A stretch of 64,000 nt of DNA, from assembly GCA_965223415.1 (NCBI GenBank), contig OZ245002.1, positions 928,001-992,000 of the forward strand, in the 5' to 3' direction. Under the pieces are notes generated by a model, which was not told the origin of the DNA, made no database searches, and saw only the letters and a program-made list of their open reading frames with translations. This document shows positions 39,542 to 48,988 of this stretch, one piece after another. Each line of letters opens with the position of its first letter. Positions within the stretch are counted from its first letter, which is position 1. This stretch comes from Myxococcota bacterium. GTDB taxonomy: Bacteria > Myxococcota_A > UBA9160 > UBA6930. The translations under genes and the position numbers were made by a program.

Positions 39542-40708
39542 TCAGGTCTCGATCGTCACGTCACAAGCCTCGAGGTAGGCCCCGAAGCGCTCGCGGATGG
39601 CTTCGGCGCGGAGACCGAAGCGCTCCGCCTCGTAGCGATGGGGTTGCGACGGGTGGGAGGCGATCCACTTCGCCATGCGCTCCTCCGAGCGCGCGTCCCG
39701 CGCCAGCCCGGCGCGCTCCTGGATCCGGCGCACGACGGCGAGAGGATCGGCGACGAACGCCTCGAAGGCCACGTCGACGAAGCGCTCGGGCTCGCGCGCG
39801 CGCACGGCGAGGGTGCGCTCGATGCCCCGCGCCCACAGCTCGAGCTGCTCGCGGCCCAGGGCCGCGTCGTCGGGCACCCGGTCGTTCGCGCGCCGCGCCG
39901 TGGCGTTCAGGCTGCAGACCGAGGGCACCGACTTTGCGGGATCCCGGTGGGTCATCACCAGCAGGGCGTCCGGCACGACGGCCAGCAGGGCGTCGAGAGC
40001 GAAGAGATGACTCGGGTCCTTCAGCACCCAACGGCGATCGGGATCGCCGCGCCCGATCAGCCGCAGCTGATCGGCCCAGCGCCGGTAGGCGGGCCCCATG
40101 TCGCAGCCGGCCCACCAGGCGGCGTAGGAGCGCACGCGCGCCACGCACTCGAAGGTCACGCTGGCGAAGCTCTGGCGCAGGAGGTTCCAGCACTCGTCCG
40201 CCTCGTCGGCAGCCATCGCGTGGATGGCGGCCATCTCGGGGGCGGCGGCGTGCATGGCCTCGGTGGCCTGGACGCAGCGTCGGTAGGCGGGGTGCGCCTC
40301 CCAGGTGGAGCGCGCTGGCCGGGGCATGGGACTCTGGGCCAGCCACAGCTCCAGGCCCTGGTGGCGCGGATCGCTGCACAGCATCTTCTGGAGCGCCGTC
40401 GTGCCGGTGCGAGGCAGCCCCAGGATCACGATGGGCGCCGGGATCCCGGCGGTGCGGAGCTCCGGGTCCGCCGCCATCGAGGCCTCGGCCTCGAGGCGTC
40501 CGCTGAGTGCCGTCACGATCAGACCCGCACAGATCTGCCGGCCGGCGGGGGAGAGGTCGGCGTCTTCGTCGAGGCTGCGCAGCAGCATGCGCAGACCGGG
40601 CTTGTACTCGTCGGGCCCGAAGTCCCTGCGCCCGGTGCGCTCTCGCGCCGCCGCTTCGAGCCGCAGCTCGGCTTCGGCGAAGGAGAGCCCGTCGAGGAGG
40701 AGCGCCAT
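39542..40708 (-). CDS. Sulfotransferase (Sulfotransfer_3 type)
   Basis: PAPS-binding GLPRTGTT, WVLKDPSHL and HRDP..S..S..S. Confidence 0.88.
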   Translation of the reverse strand: MALLLDGLSFAEAELRLEAAARERTGRRDFGPDEYKPGLRMLLRSLDEDADLSPAGRQICAGLIVTALSGRLEAEASMAADPELRTAGIPAPIVILGLPRTGTTALQKMLCSDPRHQGLELWLAQSPMPRPARSTWEAHPAYRRCVQATEAMHAAAPEMAAIHAMAADEADECWNLLRQSFASVTFECVARVRSYAAWWAGCDMGPAYRRWADQLRLIGRGDPDRRWVLKDPSHLFALDALLAVVPDALLVMTHRDPAKSVPSVCSLNATARRANDRVPDDAALGREQLELWARGIERTLAVRAREPERFVDVAFEAFVADPLAVVRRIQERAGLARDARSEERMAKWIASHPSQPHRYEAERFGLRAEAIRERFGAYLEACDVTIET

Positions 40709-40762
40709 GACGTGGGGAGCGTACCGCGGTCGGGGGGCGCGCGAGCTACGCTGCTCTGCGGC

Positions 40763-41236
40763 ATGCCGATCCTGAACCTCGTTCACGTGAACCTGCACGT
40801 CACCGACCTGGAGCGCTCGATCGATTTCTACGAGCGCCTGGGCTTCGAGGTGATGTTCGACCTCGGCCGCCACCGGTCCACCTCGACCGAGCCGATCCGG
40901 GTGAGCGACCGCGTCGCCTACGGCGGCGGCGAGTCGAAGGCGGTGGTGCTCTCGCTCGGCGACGACCCGCGCTGCGCCACCAAGATCGAGCTGATGCAGT
41001 ACGTCGACCCGCCTCCGTTGCCGAAGCCGCCGAAGCCCCCCGAGGAGGCGGGTGCTCACCGCCTGGCGATGCGGGTGAAGGACCTGGACGGCACCATCGC
41101 CGACCTGAAGGCGCGGGGCGTTCCGATCGACGACGCGCCCCACGAGGTGCGCACCATGGGCGGCCGCCAGCGCTACGTGTTGTTCACCGACCCGGACGAC
41201 AACCTGCTCGAGCTGATCGAGCTGCATCGGGCATGA
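40763..41236 (+). CDS. VOC family protein
   Basis: HVNLHVTDLERSIDFY..LGF, IELMQY and DPDDNLLEL. Confidence 0.88.
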   Translation: MPILNLVHVNLHVTDLERSIDFYERLGFEVMFDLGRHRSTSTEPIRVSDRVAYGGGESKAVVLSLGDDPRCATKIELMQYVDPPPLPKPPKPPEEAGAHRLAMRVKDLDGTIADLKARGVPIDDAPHEVRTMGGRQRYVLFTDPDDNLLELIELHRA

Positions 41237-41340
41237 GCGAGCTGCGGAGCTGCTCGGCATCGAGGCCCCGATCGTGCTGCCGGGCATGATCTCGGAGCCA
41301 CCCCTCGTCGCGGCGGTGAGCGAGGCCGGCGGGCACCCCA
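41233..41340 (+). pseudogene. 5' relic of a nitronate monooxygenase/FabK-family gene
   Basis: ATGA-coupled MSELR, then out-of-frame ELLGIEAPIVLPGM-ISEPPLVAAVSEAGG, the typical NMO N-terminus. Similarity stops there. Confidence 0.6.
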
Positions 41341-41359
41341 GGCGGGCCGGACCCGACGC

Positions 41360-42157
41360 TCAGTCGGGCTCGTGGATCGCCATCACGTTGAAGACGGCGA
41401 ACTGCGGATCCGCGACGACGGCGAAGCGCCCGGGGGCGATGTCGACCGGCGGGACCAGGAGCTGGCCGCCCAGCTCCTGCGCCTGCTTCACGGTCTCGTC
41501 GCAATCGCGCACCGCGAAGTAGACGGCCCAGGCCGGCGGCATGTCGCCCATCTCCGGCTGCCAGGGCAGGATGCCGCCGTTGATGCGGCCGCCGACCTGG
41601 ATCTCCTGGTACCCGCCCTCCGCTCCCTCGGCTGGCGCGATCTTCCAGCCGAAGAGCGGCTCGTAGAAGCGCTTTGCGGCCTCGACGTCCCGCGTGATCA
41701 GCTCGTTCCAGGCGAAGCTGCCGGGCTCGTTCGCGATGGCGGAGCCGGCGTGGCTGCCGGGCTGCCAGAGGGAGATGCGCGCGCCTTCCGGATCGATCAC
41801 GACGGTCATGCGCCCGACCAGGTTGCCGCCCACCTCGATGTCGATCACGGGCATCTGCAGCTCGCCGCCGAGATCTCGGGCGTAGGCCGCCGTGGCGTCG
41901 CAATCCTCGACGGTGACGTAGCTCGACCAGACCGCCGGCATGCCGGTGGCCTTCATCTCGTCGCTCATCACGCCCATGCCGGCGACGTCCTGGCCCGCCA
42001 GCTGGAACATCGTGTAGGCCCCGCCCTGGTCGTCGCGATCGTCGGCGCCCGTCCAGCCGAAGAGCGCGCCGTAGAACGCCTTCGACGCGGCCGGGTCCTT
42101 GCTCATCAGGTCCACCCACGAAAACTGTCCGGGTGCGTAGCGGTCGAAACGGGCCAT
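41360..42157 (-). CDS. Two-domain VOC family protein
   Basis: PGQFSWVDL, FYGALFGW, PGSFAWNEL and W.VYF.V.D.D. GGGAGG RBS. Confidence 0.9.
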   Translation of the reverse strand: MARFDRYAPGQFSWVDLMSKDPAASKAFYGALFGWTGADDRDDQGGAYTMFQLAGQDVAGMGVMSDEMKATGMPAVWSSYVTVEDCDATAAYARDLGGELQMPVIDIEVGGNLVGRMTVVIDPEGARISLWQPGSHAGSAIANEPGSFAWNELITRDVEAAKRFYEPLFGWKIAPAEGAEGGYQEIQVGGRINGGILPWQPEMGDMPPAWAVYFAVRDCDETVKQAQELGGQLLVPPVDIAPGRFAVVADPQFAVFNVMAIHEPD

Positions 42158-42283
42158 GAGCGATCCTCCCGTGTGATGCATCGATGCTACGCGCCGCGAG
42201 CCGGGCGCGTCCAGCGCGGACCGGCTCGTTGATGCCAAGCCCTGACACGAGGGGGTATACAGGGGCCCTGAGGAGGATCCTTC

Positions 42284-44269
42284 ATGAGCCGCGCCCCGAC
42301 TCGTCTCGCCCTGGTGCTCGCTTCCTTGCTCGCCGCGTGCGGAGGTGAAGAGGCTCCGCCGCCTCTTCCCTCGGCCCCGGACGCGGACGCCCACGGCCAT
42401 ACGGCGCCCACGGCGGCGACGTTGGCGGCTCGGGAAGCGCGGGTCGCGGGCCTGCCGCTCGGCGACCCCCAGGACCGCGAGGACGCGACGCGCGGGCTCG
42501 TCGCCCGCGACGAAGCCCTCGATCTGGTGTGGGACCGTCCCGCCTACGACTTCGTCGAAGGGGACGCGCCGGACTCGGTGAACCCGAGCCTGTGGCGCCA
42601 GGCGGAACTGAACAACCTGCACGGGCTCTTCGAGGTGGTGCCCGGGATCCACCAGGTGCGCGGCTACGACCTGGCGAACATGAGCCTGATCGAGGGAGAG
42701 ACGGGCTGGATCGTCGTGGATCCGCTCGGCTCGAAGGAGACCGGGACCGCGGCGTTGGCCTTGGCGCGCAAGCACCTGGGCGACAAGCCCGTGCGCGCCG
42801 TGATCCTCACCCACAGCCACGTCGACCACTTCGGCGGCGCGCTCGGCGTGGTGACACCGGCGGATGTCAGCCGGGGGGACGTGCGGATCGTCGCGCCGAG
42901 GGGTTTCCTGCACGAGGCGACGAGCGAGAACCTGCTCGCGGGCCCGGCCATGGCCCGGCGCGCCGCCTTCATGTACGGCTTCCGCCTGCCTCGGAGCCCG
43001 CGTGGGCACCTCGACTCGGGGCTTGGCAAGGAGCCGGGCCGCGGGAGCACGACGATCCTCCCGCCGACGGACCTCGTCGATCGCACGCCCCTGGAGATGA
43101 CCCTCGACGGCGTGCGCTTCGTCTTCCAGTACGCGCCGGAGTCCGAGGCGCCAGCGGAGCTGATGTTCTACCTGCCGGAGCACAAGGCGTTCTGCGGGGC
43201 GGAGGTGGTATCCCGCACGATGCACAACCTCTACACGCTCCGGGGCGCGAAGGTGCGGGACGCGCTGCGCTGGAGCGGATACGTCGACGAGGCGCTGCAG
43301 CTCTTCGGCGCGAAAGCGGAGGTGGCCTTCGCGAGCCACCACTGGCCGACCTGGGGCAACGAACGGATCCGCGCCTACCTGAAGCGGCAGCGCGACACCT
43401 ACAAGTACATCCACGACCAGACCCTGCGCCTGGCCAATGCCGGCTACACCGCCCAGGAGATCGCCGACGCCCTGGAGCTGCCGCCTTCGCTACGCCCCCA
43501 TTTCGGCAACCGCGGCTACTACGGCACCGTGCGCCACAACGCGAAGGCGGTGTACCAGGCCTACTTCGGCTGGTACGACGCGAACCCGGCGCACCTCGAC
43601 CCGCTGGCGCCGGCCGACGCTGCGCTGCGCTACGTGGCTGCGATGGGCGGCGGCGCGACGGTGCTCGAGAAGGCCCAGGCCACCTTCGATCGCGGGGAGT
43701 ACCGCTGGACGGCGATGCTGCTCGATCACCTGGTGTTCGCGGAGCCGGCCAACGACGGCGCGCGGGCGCTCCTCGCGCGCACCTACGACCAGCTCGGCTA
43801 CCAGGCCGAGTCGGCGCCCTGGCGGGACGTCTACCTCTCCGGCGCCTACGAGCTGCGACACGGCCCGCCCCCCGCCGACGCGCCGAGCCCGTTGGCGGGC
43901 GCCGAGGCCATGGTCCGCCACATCCCCGTGGCGCGCTTTCTCGACGCCATGGCCGCCCGGCTGAACGGCCCCGACGCCGCAGATCAGGAGGTGACCGTGA
44001 ACCTGGTCCTGACGGACCTGGGGGAGACTCACGTGCTCGCGATCGAGAACGCGGTCCTCCACCACTGGCAGCGGGAGCCGGCGCCCAACGCCGTGGCCAC
44101 GATCCAGCTCACCCACGGCTTCCTGCTCCGGCTGCTCCTCGGCCAGACGGGCCTGCGCGAGATGATCTTCTCCGACGAGCTCGACGTCGAAGGCAGCCGT
44201 CTCGAGCTGCTGGGCTTCTTCTCCCTCTTCGACCCCATGACCCCCAATTTCCCGATTGTCACGCCCTGA
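42284..44269 (+). CDS. Alkyl sulfatase (SdsA1/BDS1-type MBL) lipoprotein
   Basis: Lipobox LAAC, NPSLWRQA, QVRGYDLAN, THSHVDHFGG, HNLYTLRGA.VRD, HHWP and an SCP2-like C-terminus. Confidence 0.93.
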   Translation: MSRAPTRLALVLASLLAACGGEEAPPPLPSAPDADAHGHTAPTAATLAAREARVAGLPLGDPQDREDATRGLVARDEALDLVWDRPAYDFVEGDAPDSVNPSLWRQAELNNLHGLFEVVPGIHQVRGYDLANMSLIEGETGWIVVDPLGSKETGTAALALARKHLGDKPVRAVILTHSHVDHFGGALGVVTPADVSRGDVRIVAPRGFLHEATSENLLAGPAMARRAAFMYGFRLPRSPRGHLDSGLGKEPGRGSTTILPPTDLVDRTPLEMTLDGVRFVFQYAPESEAPAELMFYLPEHKAFCGAEVVSRTMHNLYTLRGAKVRDALRWSGYVDEALQLFGAKAEVAFASHHWPTWGNERIRAYLKRQRDTYKYIHDQTLRLANAGYTAQEIADALELPPSLRPHFGNRGYYGTVRHNAKAVYQAYFGWYDANPAHLDPLAPADAALRYVAAMGGGATVLEKAQATFDRGEYRWTAMLLDHLVFAEPANDGARALLARTYDQLGYQAESAPWRDVYLSGAYELRHGPPPADAPSPLAGAEAMVRHIPVARFLDAMAARLNGPDAADQEVTVNLVLTDLGETHVLAIENAVLHHWQREPAPNAVATIQLTHGFLLRLLLGQTGLREMIFSDELDVEGSRLELLGFFSLFDPMTPNFPIVTP

Positions 44270-44415
44270 TCCACCCCGGGGAGAATGCAAGTCGCAAGGA
44301 ACGTCCCCACTCTGCCGCTCTCGGGGGTGATGACCCGTTCTGCCACGGTTCGCGATCGGGTTCGGGGCGTGAGGCCGCAGATCCCGCGCACGCGTGGGCC
44401 CGACGAGGGAGCGAG

Positions 44416-44432
44416 CCGGCGCGTCGATTGCA
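44416..44432 (+). promoter_or_regulatory. Putative sigma54 promoter for the WS/DGAT pair
   Basis: CCGGCGCGTCGATTGCA fits GG-N10-GC and is close to TGGCACG-N4-TTGCA. Confidence 0.55.
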
Positions 44433-44445
44433 GCGGGATGGCCCC

Positions 44446-45840
44446 ATGAGCCACAGCGAGCCCGTGACGGCGCCGGAACGGCTGCACCTGGACCTCGACG
44501 ACGCCCACGTCCACATGCACGTGGCCGGCGCGTTCCTCTTCGAGCGCGGACCGTTGGCCCAGGGCTCCGGCGTGGACATCGACCGCATCCGCGATTTCGT
44601 CGAGGCCCGGCTCTACCGGGTGCCGCGCTGCCGCCAGCGCCTGTCTCGGGCACCGCTCGGGGACGAGCTGGCCTGGGTGGACGATGCGAGCTTCAACCTC
44701 CAGTACCACGTGCGGCACACCCACCTCCCGCATCCCGGCGACGAGCGGCAGCTGAAGCGGCTGTGCGGCCACATCGCATCCCAGCGCCTCGACCGGGAGA
44801 AGCCGCTCTGGGAGCTCCACGTCGTGGAAGGGCTGGAAGACGACCACTTCGCCCTCGTCGTCAAGGCCCACCAGTGCATCACGGGCGGCCTGTGGGGGAT
44901 CGGACTGATCGAGGCGCTCCTCTCCGAGAGCCCGGAGCCCGACGCCGACGAGCCCGGCCCCGTGTGGCTGCCGCGGCCGGCGCCCTCGGGCCAGGACCTG
45001 CTGCGGAGCGCCGTGGCCCGACGCCTCGAGGCGCCGTGGCAGCTCGGCCGCATCCTGCTCGACGCCGGCCGCGAGCCGGAGCGCATCTGGTCGGAGCTGA
45101 AGAGCGGCCTCGAGGGGTTCCGGGAGACGACGCCCGCCTCCGACTCGCCCTTCAACCAGCCCATCGGCCCCCACCGCCGCTTCGACTGGCTCGTCTCCGA
45201 CGCCGGCCGCGCCCGCGCCGTGGCGGACCGCTTCGGCAGCGGACTCGAGGCGGTGGTCCTCGCGACCCTGGCCGGCGCCATCGGGCGCTTCTTCGAGCAG
45301 CGTGGCATCCCGCGGGCCGATCAGCGCGACTTCCGCCTGCGCGCCGCGATGCCCGAGAAAGCGGGGGGCCTGCTCACCGGCGACACCGGCGGCGACACCC
45401 TCGCCTGGGCGGTGACCGCCCTGCCGATCGCCGAGGCCGACCCGCTGGCCCGGCTGGAGCAGGTGGCCGACGCCCTCGAGGCCTCGGCCCACGTGGGCTA
45501 CGAGCTCTTCTCGGCGGCCAGCGAGTGGCTGTGGCCGGGGCTCTACGGAGCGATGGCGCGACGCCAGCTCGCGAGCCGCGCGTCGAACCTGACCGTCGCG
45601 CTGCTGAACGGCCCGGAGACCGATCGCTACCTGCTGGGCGCCCGCCTCGGCGACGCCTTCCCCCTGCTTCCCCTCGTACCGGAGCAGGCCCTGCGCGTCG
45701 CGGCCTACGTCCGGGGCCCCCGGCTCCACTGGGGCTTCAACTCGGACTGGGACCTGCTCCCGGATCTGCACGACCTGGTACACGCCACCGACGCCTGCTT
45801 CCGCGAGCTGTGCGCCGCCGGCGACGCCCGCGCCGCCTGA
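44446..45840 (+). CDS. WS/DGAT family protein with a degenerate catalytic motif
   Basis: MHVAG, WVDD..F...YHVR, LDREKPLWE and NQPIGPHRR. HQCITGG replaces HHxxxDG. Confidence 0.85.
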   Translation: MSHSEPVTAPERLHLDLDDAHVHMHVAGAFLFERGPLAQGSGVDIDRIRDFVEARLYRVPRCRQRLSRAPLGDELAWVDDASFNLQYHVRHTHLPHPGDERQLKRLCGHIASQRLDREKPLWELHVVEGLEDDHFALVVKAHQCITGGLWGIGLIEALLSESPEPDADEPGPVWLPRPAPSGQDLLRSAVARRLEAPWQLGRILLDAGREPERIWSELKSGLEGFRETTPASDSPFNQPIGPHRRFDWLVSDAGRARAVADRFGSGLEAVVLATLAGAIGRFFEQRGIPRADQRDFRLRAAMPEKAGGLLTGDTGGDTLAWAVTALPIAEADPLARLEQVADALEASAHVGYELFSAASEWLWPGLYGAMARRQLASRASNLTVALLNGPETDRYLLGARLGDAFPLLPLVPEQALRVAAYVRGPRLHWGFNSDWDLLPDLHDLVHATDACFRELCAAGDARAA

Positions 45841-45850
45841 GGAACGATGG

Positions 45851-47278
45851 ATGGACCACTACCACTACGAGCGCCTGTCGGCCCAGGACAACGACTTCCT
45901 CGAGTGGGAGACGCCGAGCCTCACCATGCACGGCTCGGGCATCTCGGTCTTCGACGCCGGCCCGCTCACCACGGAGGACGGTGGCATCGACTTCGCCGCG
46001 ATCAAGCGGGGCTTCGCCGCGGTCCTCCACCACGTGCCGCGCTACCGGCAGAAGCTCGCCCGCCTTCCCGGCGACGACCGCCCCTACTGGGTGGACGACG
46101 CGCAGTTCAACATCGACTACCACATGCGCCACATCGCGCTTCCCCGCCCGGGCAGCGACGCCCAGCTGAAGCGCCTGGCCGCCGACATCATGGAGCGCCC
46201 CCTCGACCGGGGCCGCCCGCTGTGGGAGACCTGGGCGATCGAGGGCCTCTCGGGCGACCGCTTCGCGCTGATCTCCAAGACCCACCACTGCATGGTCGAC
46301 GGTGCGTCCGGCATGGGGCTCATGGAGCGCCTGTTCTCGATGAAGCCGGAGTACGAGCTCTCGGAGGCGCCGCGCTTCGTGCCGCGGCCCATGCCCTCGA
46401 GTATGGAGCTCTGGCGGGAAGGCTGGCGGCGGCGCCTCGACCTGCCCGGCCGCGCCCTGCGCGGGCTCCGCGAGTTCGTGGAGGAGAGCGACGACCTGGG
46501 CGACGAGATCCTGTCGCGGCTCAAGGCCGTGCGCGATCTCGCGAAGATGAAGCTCGTACCCGCCTCGGACACGCCGATCAACGGGCCGGTCGGCCCCCAC
46601 CGCATCTTCGACTGGCTCGAGCTCTCCCTGGCGGACTTCAAGGCCGTGCGCCGCGCACGCGACTGCTCGATCAACGACGTGGTGCTCACCACCGTCACGG
46701 GCGCCGTGCGCGAGCTGATGACCCTGCGGCAGGTGCGCCCGGAAAGCCTCGACTTCCGCGTGAGCGCGCCGGTGAACGTGCGTCCGAAGGGCGACGCGGA
46801 GAAGCTCGGCAACCACGTATCCTCCTGGATCGTTCCCCTTCCCCTGGACGAGGCCGAGCCCCTCGAGCAGCTGCGTCGCGTTCACGCCACCACCCAGGGG
46901 CTGAAGGACTCGCACCAGGCAGCGGGCGTCGAGATGATGACCGCTCTCCACGAGTGGATCCCCTTCGACATCCAGGGCGCCTCGACCGGCACCCAGAACA
47001 TGCTGGTCACCAACGTCCCCGGCCCGCCCTTCCCCCTCTACCTGCTGGGCGCGGAGATGTGCGGCCTCTACGCCCAGGCGCCCCTCATCGAGAACATCGG
47101 CCTGGCGGTGAGCGTGATCAGCTACAACGGCAGGCTCGGCTTCGGCTTCAACGCCGACTACGACCGGGTGCCGGACCTCGGCCAGTTCGCCCGGGCGATG
47201 CGGCGTTCCTTCGAGCGGCTCGCGAAGGCGGCGGGGACCGCCCCTGCCGAGCCCGCCCTCGTCGCCGCCGGTCGCTAG
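45851..47278 (+). CDS. Wax ester synthase/diacylglycerol acyltransferase (WS/DGAT)
   Basis: LSAQD..FL..E, HHCMVDG, INDVVL, TNVPGP and SYNG motifs. Confidence 0.93.
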   Translation: MDHYHYERLSAQDNDFLEWETPSLTMHGSGISVFDAGPLTTEDGGIDFAAIKRGFAAVLHHVPRYRQKLARLPGDDRPYWVDDAQFNIDYHMRHIALPRPGSDAQLKRLAADIMERPLDRGRPLWETWAIEGLSGDRFALISKTHHCMVDGASGMGLMERLFSMKPEYELSEAPRFVPRPMPSSMELWREGWRRRLDLPGRALRGLREFVEESDDLGDEILSRLKAVRDLAKMKLVPASDTPINGPVGPHRIFDWLELSLADFKAVRRARDCSINDVVLTTVTGAVRELMTLRQVRPESLDFRVSAPVNVRPKGDAEKLGNHVSSWIVPLPLDEAEPLEQLRRVHATTQGLKDSHQAAGVEMMTALHEWIPFDIQGASTGTQNMLVTNVPGPPFPLYLLGAEMCGLYAQAPLIENIGLAVSVISYNGRLGFGFNADYDRVPDLGQFARAMRRSFERLAKAAGTAPAEPALVAAGR

Positions 47279-47642
47279 CCGTTGCGTTGGGGGCCGGTTC
47301 CGTTCGTTGCGTTCGCGGCTCCCTTCATGCCGAGGCGAGCTCTCCGTGGCCGCGGGCGCGCACGGACTGCACGACGACGTGGGCGAGCGGCTGGCCTCCC
47401 TGGAAGGCGTGGCGCCGGACGAGCGCGGCCGGGAGGGGATCCGCGCCTACGTGCGGACGATGGCGGCGCACCCCGAGTTCTTCCGCTTCATCGTCGGCCA
47501 GGGGAACCGTTCCGACGCCCGCCAGCGCTGGCTGATCGACACGCACGTAGAGCCCGGCGTCCAGCTGATGAAACAGCTCGGGCTGCTCCGCCTGATCGGC
47601 GCTGGCGAGGACGAGCTGCCCCACGCGCTGTTCGCGATGCTA

Positions 47643-48854
47643 GTGTCCTGTTTCGGAAAAAAGTACGCAAAATAGTGCGAACTCCCAACGTGCAGGGGGC
47701 ATCTTACCGGCATCACGTTGGGGGGACGTATGGCGAATCGTGGCCGGCCCAAGACGCCGATTGTGCTGACGGATGCGGAGCGAGAAGAGCTCCAGACGCA
47801 CGCCAGAAGGCGGAAGAGCGCGCATCAGTTGGCCTACCGCTCGCGCATTGTATTGCTCGCAGAGCAGGGGCTGACGAATGGGGAAATCGCGGAACGCGTA
47901 GGCAAGCGACGAGAGACCGTCGGGATCTGGCGCAAGCGCTTCGTCGAAAAGCGGATCGCTGGGCTCTACGACGAGCCCAAGCCGGGAGCGCCCCGGACGG
48001 TGACCGACGAGCAGGTCGATGAGGTCGTGCGCTTGACGCTAGAGGAAACGCCCACGGGAGCGACGCACTGGTCCGTTCGCCTGATGGCGAAGCGGGTAGG
48101 CCTCCCGACGACGACGGTTCATCGCATCTGGCGAGCATTCAGCCTCCAGCCGCACCGAGTCGAGCGCTTCCGGCTCTCCAACGATCCCCATTTTGTGGAC
48201 AAGGTGGTGGATATCGTCGGCCTGTACATGTCTCCGCCGGCGAACGCGGTCGTCCTCTGCGTCGACGAGAAATCGCAGATCCAAGCGCTGGAACGGAACC
48301 AGCCTGTCTTGCCGATGCAACCGGGCCGGGCGGAGCAGCGCACACACGGATACCTACGCCATGGCACGACGACACTCTTTGCCGCACTCAACATCGCAAC
48401 GGGCGAAGTGATCGGATCCCTCCATCGCCGGCACCGCACGGAGGAGTTCCTGAAGTTCCTCAGGACGATCGACGACAACGTACCCGCCGAACTCGACATC
48501 CATCTCGTGCTCGACAACTACACCACGCACAAGACGAAGCGAACTCGGAGCTGGCTCGCGCGCCACCCTCGTTTCCACGTGCACTTCACCCCGACGTACA
48601 GCTCATGGCTGAATCAGGTCGAGCGGTTCTTTGCACTCATCACCGAGCGTTGCATCCGTCGCGGCGTGCATCGCAGCACGAGGGCGCTCGAGAACGACAT
48701 CCGGAGCTTCCTGAAGACGACGAACGACGATCCGAGACCCTTCGTCTGGACCAAGACCGCGGATCAGATCCTCGCGAGTGTGCGGCGCTACTGTGGTCGC
48801 GTCCTCGACGTCCACTCCGATTCTAATCGAGTGGTTTCTTCTGGAACAGGACAC
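47643..48854 (+). mobile_element. IS630-family insertion sequence
   Basis: Imperfect terminal IRs GTGTCCTGTTTCGGAA / TTCTGGAACAGGACAC, TA target duplication (47641-47642 and 48855-48856) in CTAG, and lower GC content. Confidence 0.93.
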
Positions 48855-48857
48855 TAG
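47730..48857 (+). CDS. IS630 family transposase
   Basis: HTH region, [27 protein letters not shown] and [15 protein letters not shown] (DDE). Confidence 0.95.
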   Translation: MANRGRPKTPIVLTDAEREELQTHARRRKSAHQLAYRSRIVLLAEQGLTNGEIAERVGKRRETVGIWRKRFVEKRIAGLYDEPKPGAPRTVTDEQVDEVVRLTLEETPTGATHWSVRLMAKRVGLPTTTVHRIWRAFSLQPHRVERFRLSNDPHFVDKVVDIVGLYMSPPANAVVLCVDEKSQIQALERNQPVLPMQPGRAEQRTHGYLRHGTTTLFAALNIATGEVIGSLHRRHRTEEFLKFLRTIDDNVPAELDIHLVLDNYTTHKTKRTRSWLARHPRFHVHFTPTYSSWLNQVERFFALITERCIRRGVHRSTRALENDIRSFLKTTNDDPRPFVWTKTADQILASVRRYCGRVLDVHSDSNRVVSSGTGH

Positions 48858-48988
48858 GCGCTGGATCGCTGATCTTCGCGGTGCCGAACAACTGCCGCCG
48901 GCTCACCGACGTCGACCCGCGCAAGCCCGAGGCGATCGAGACCCACGCGAACTTCGTGGCCGACCTGCTGGTGCCGCGCGCGGGCTGA

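Larger units (their letters stand above)
47335..48988 (+). pseudogene. TetR-family regulator relic (no HTH), interrupted by IS630
   Basis: Removing the IS joins ...IRAYVRTMAAHPEFFRFIV...WLIDTHV...ALFAML to [21 protein letters not shown]...HANFVADLL in frame. Confidence 0.72.
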
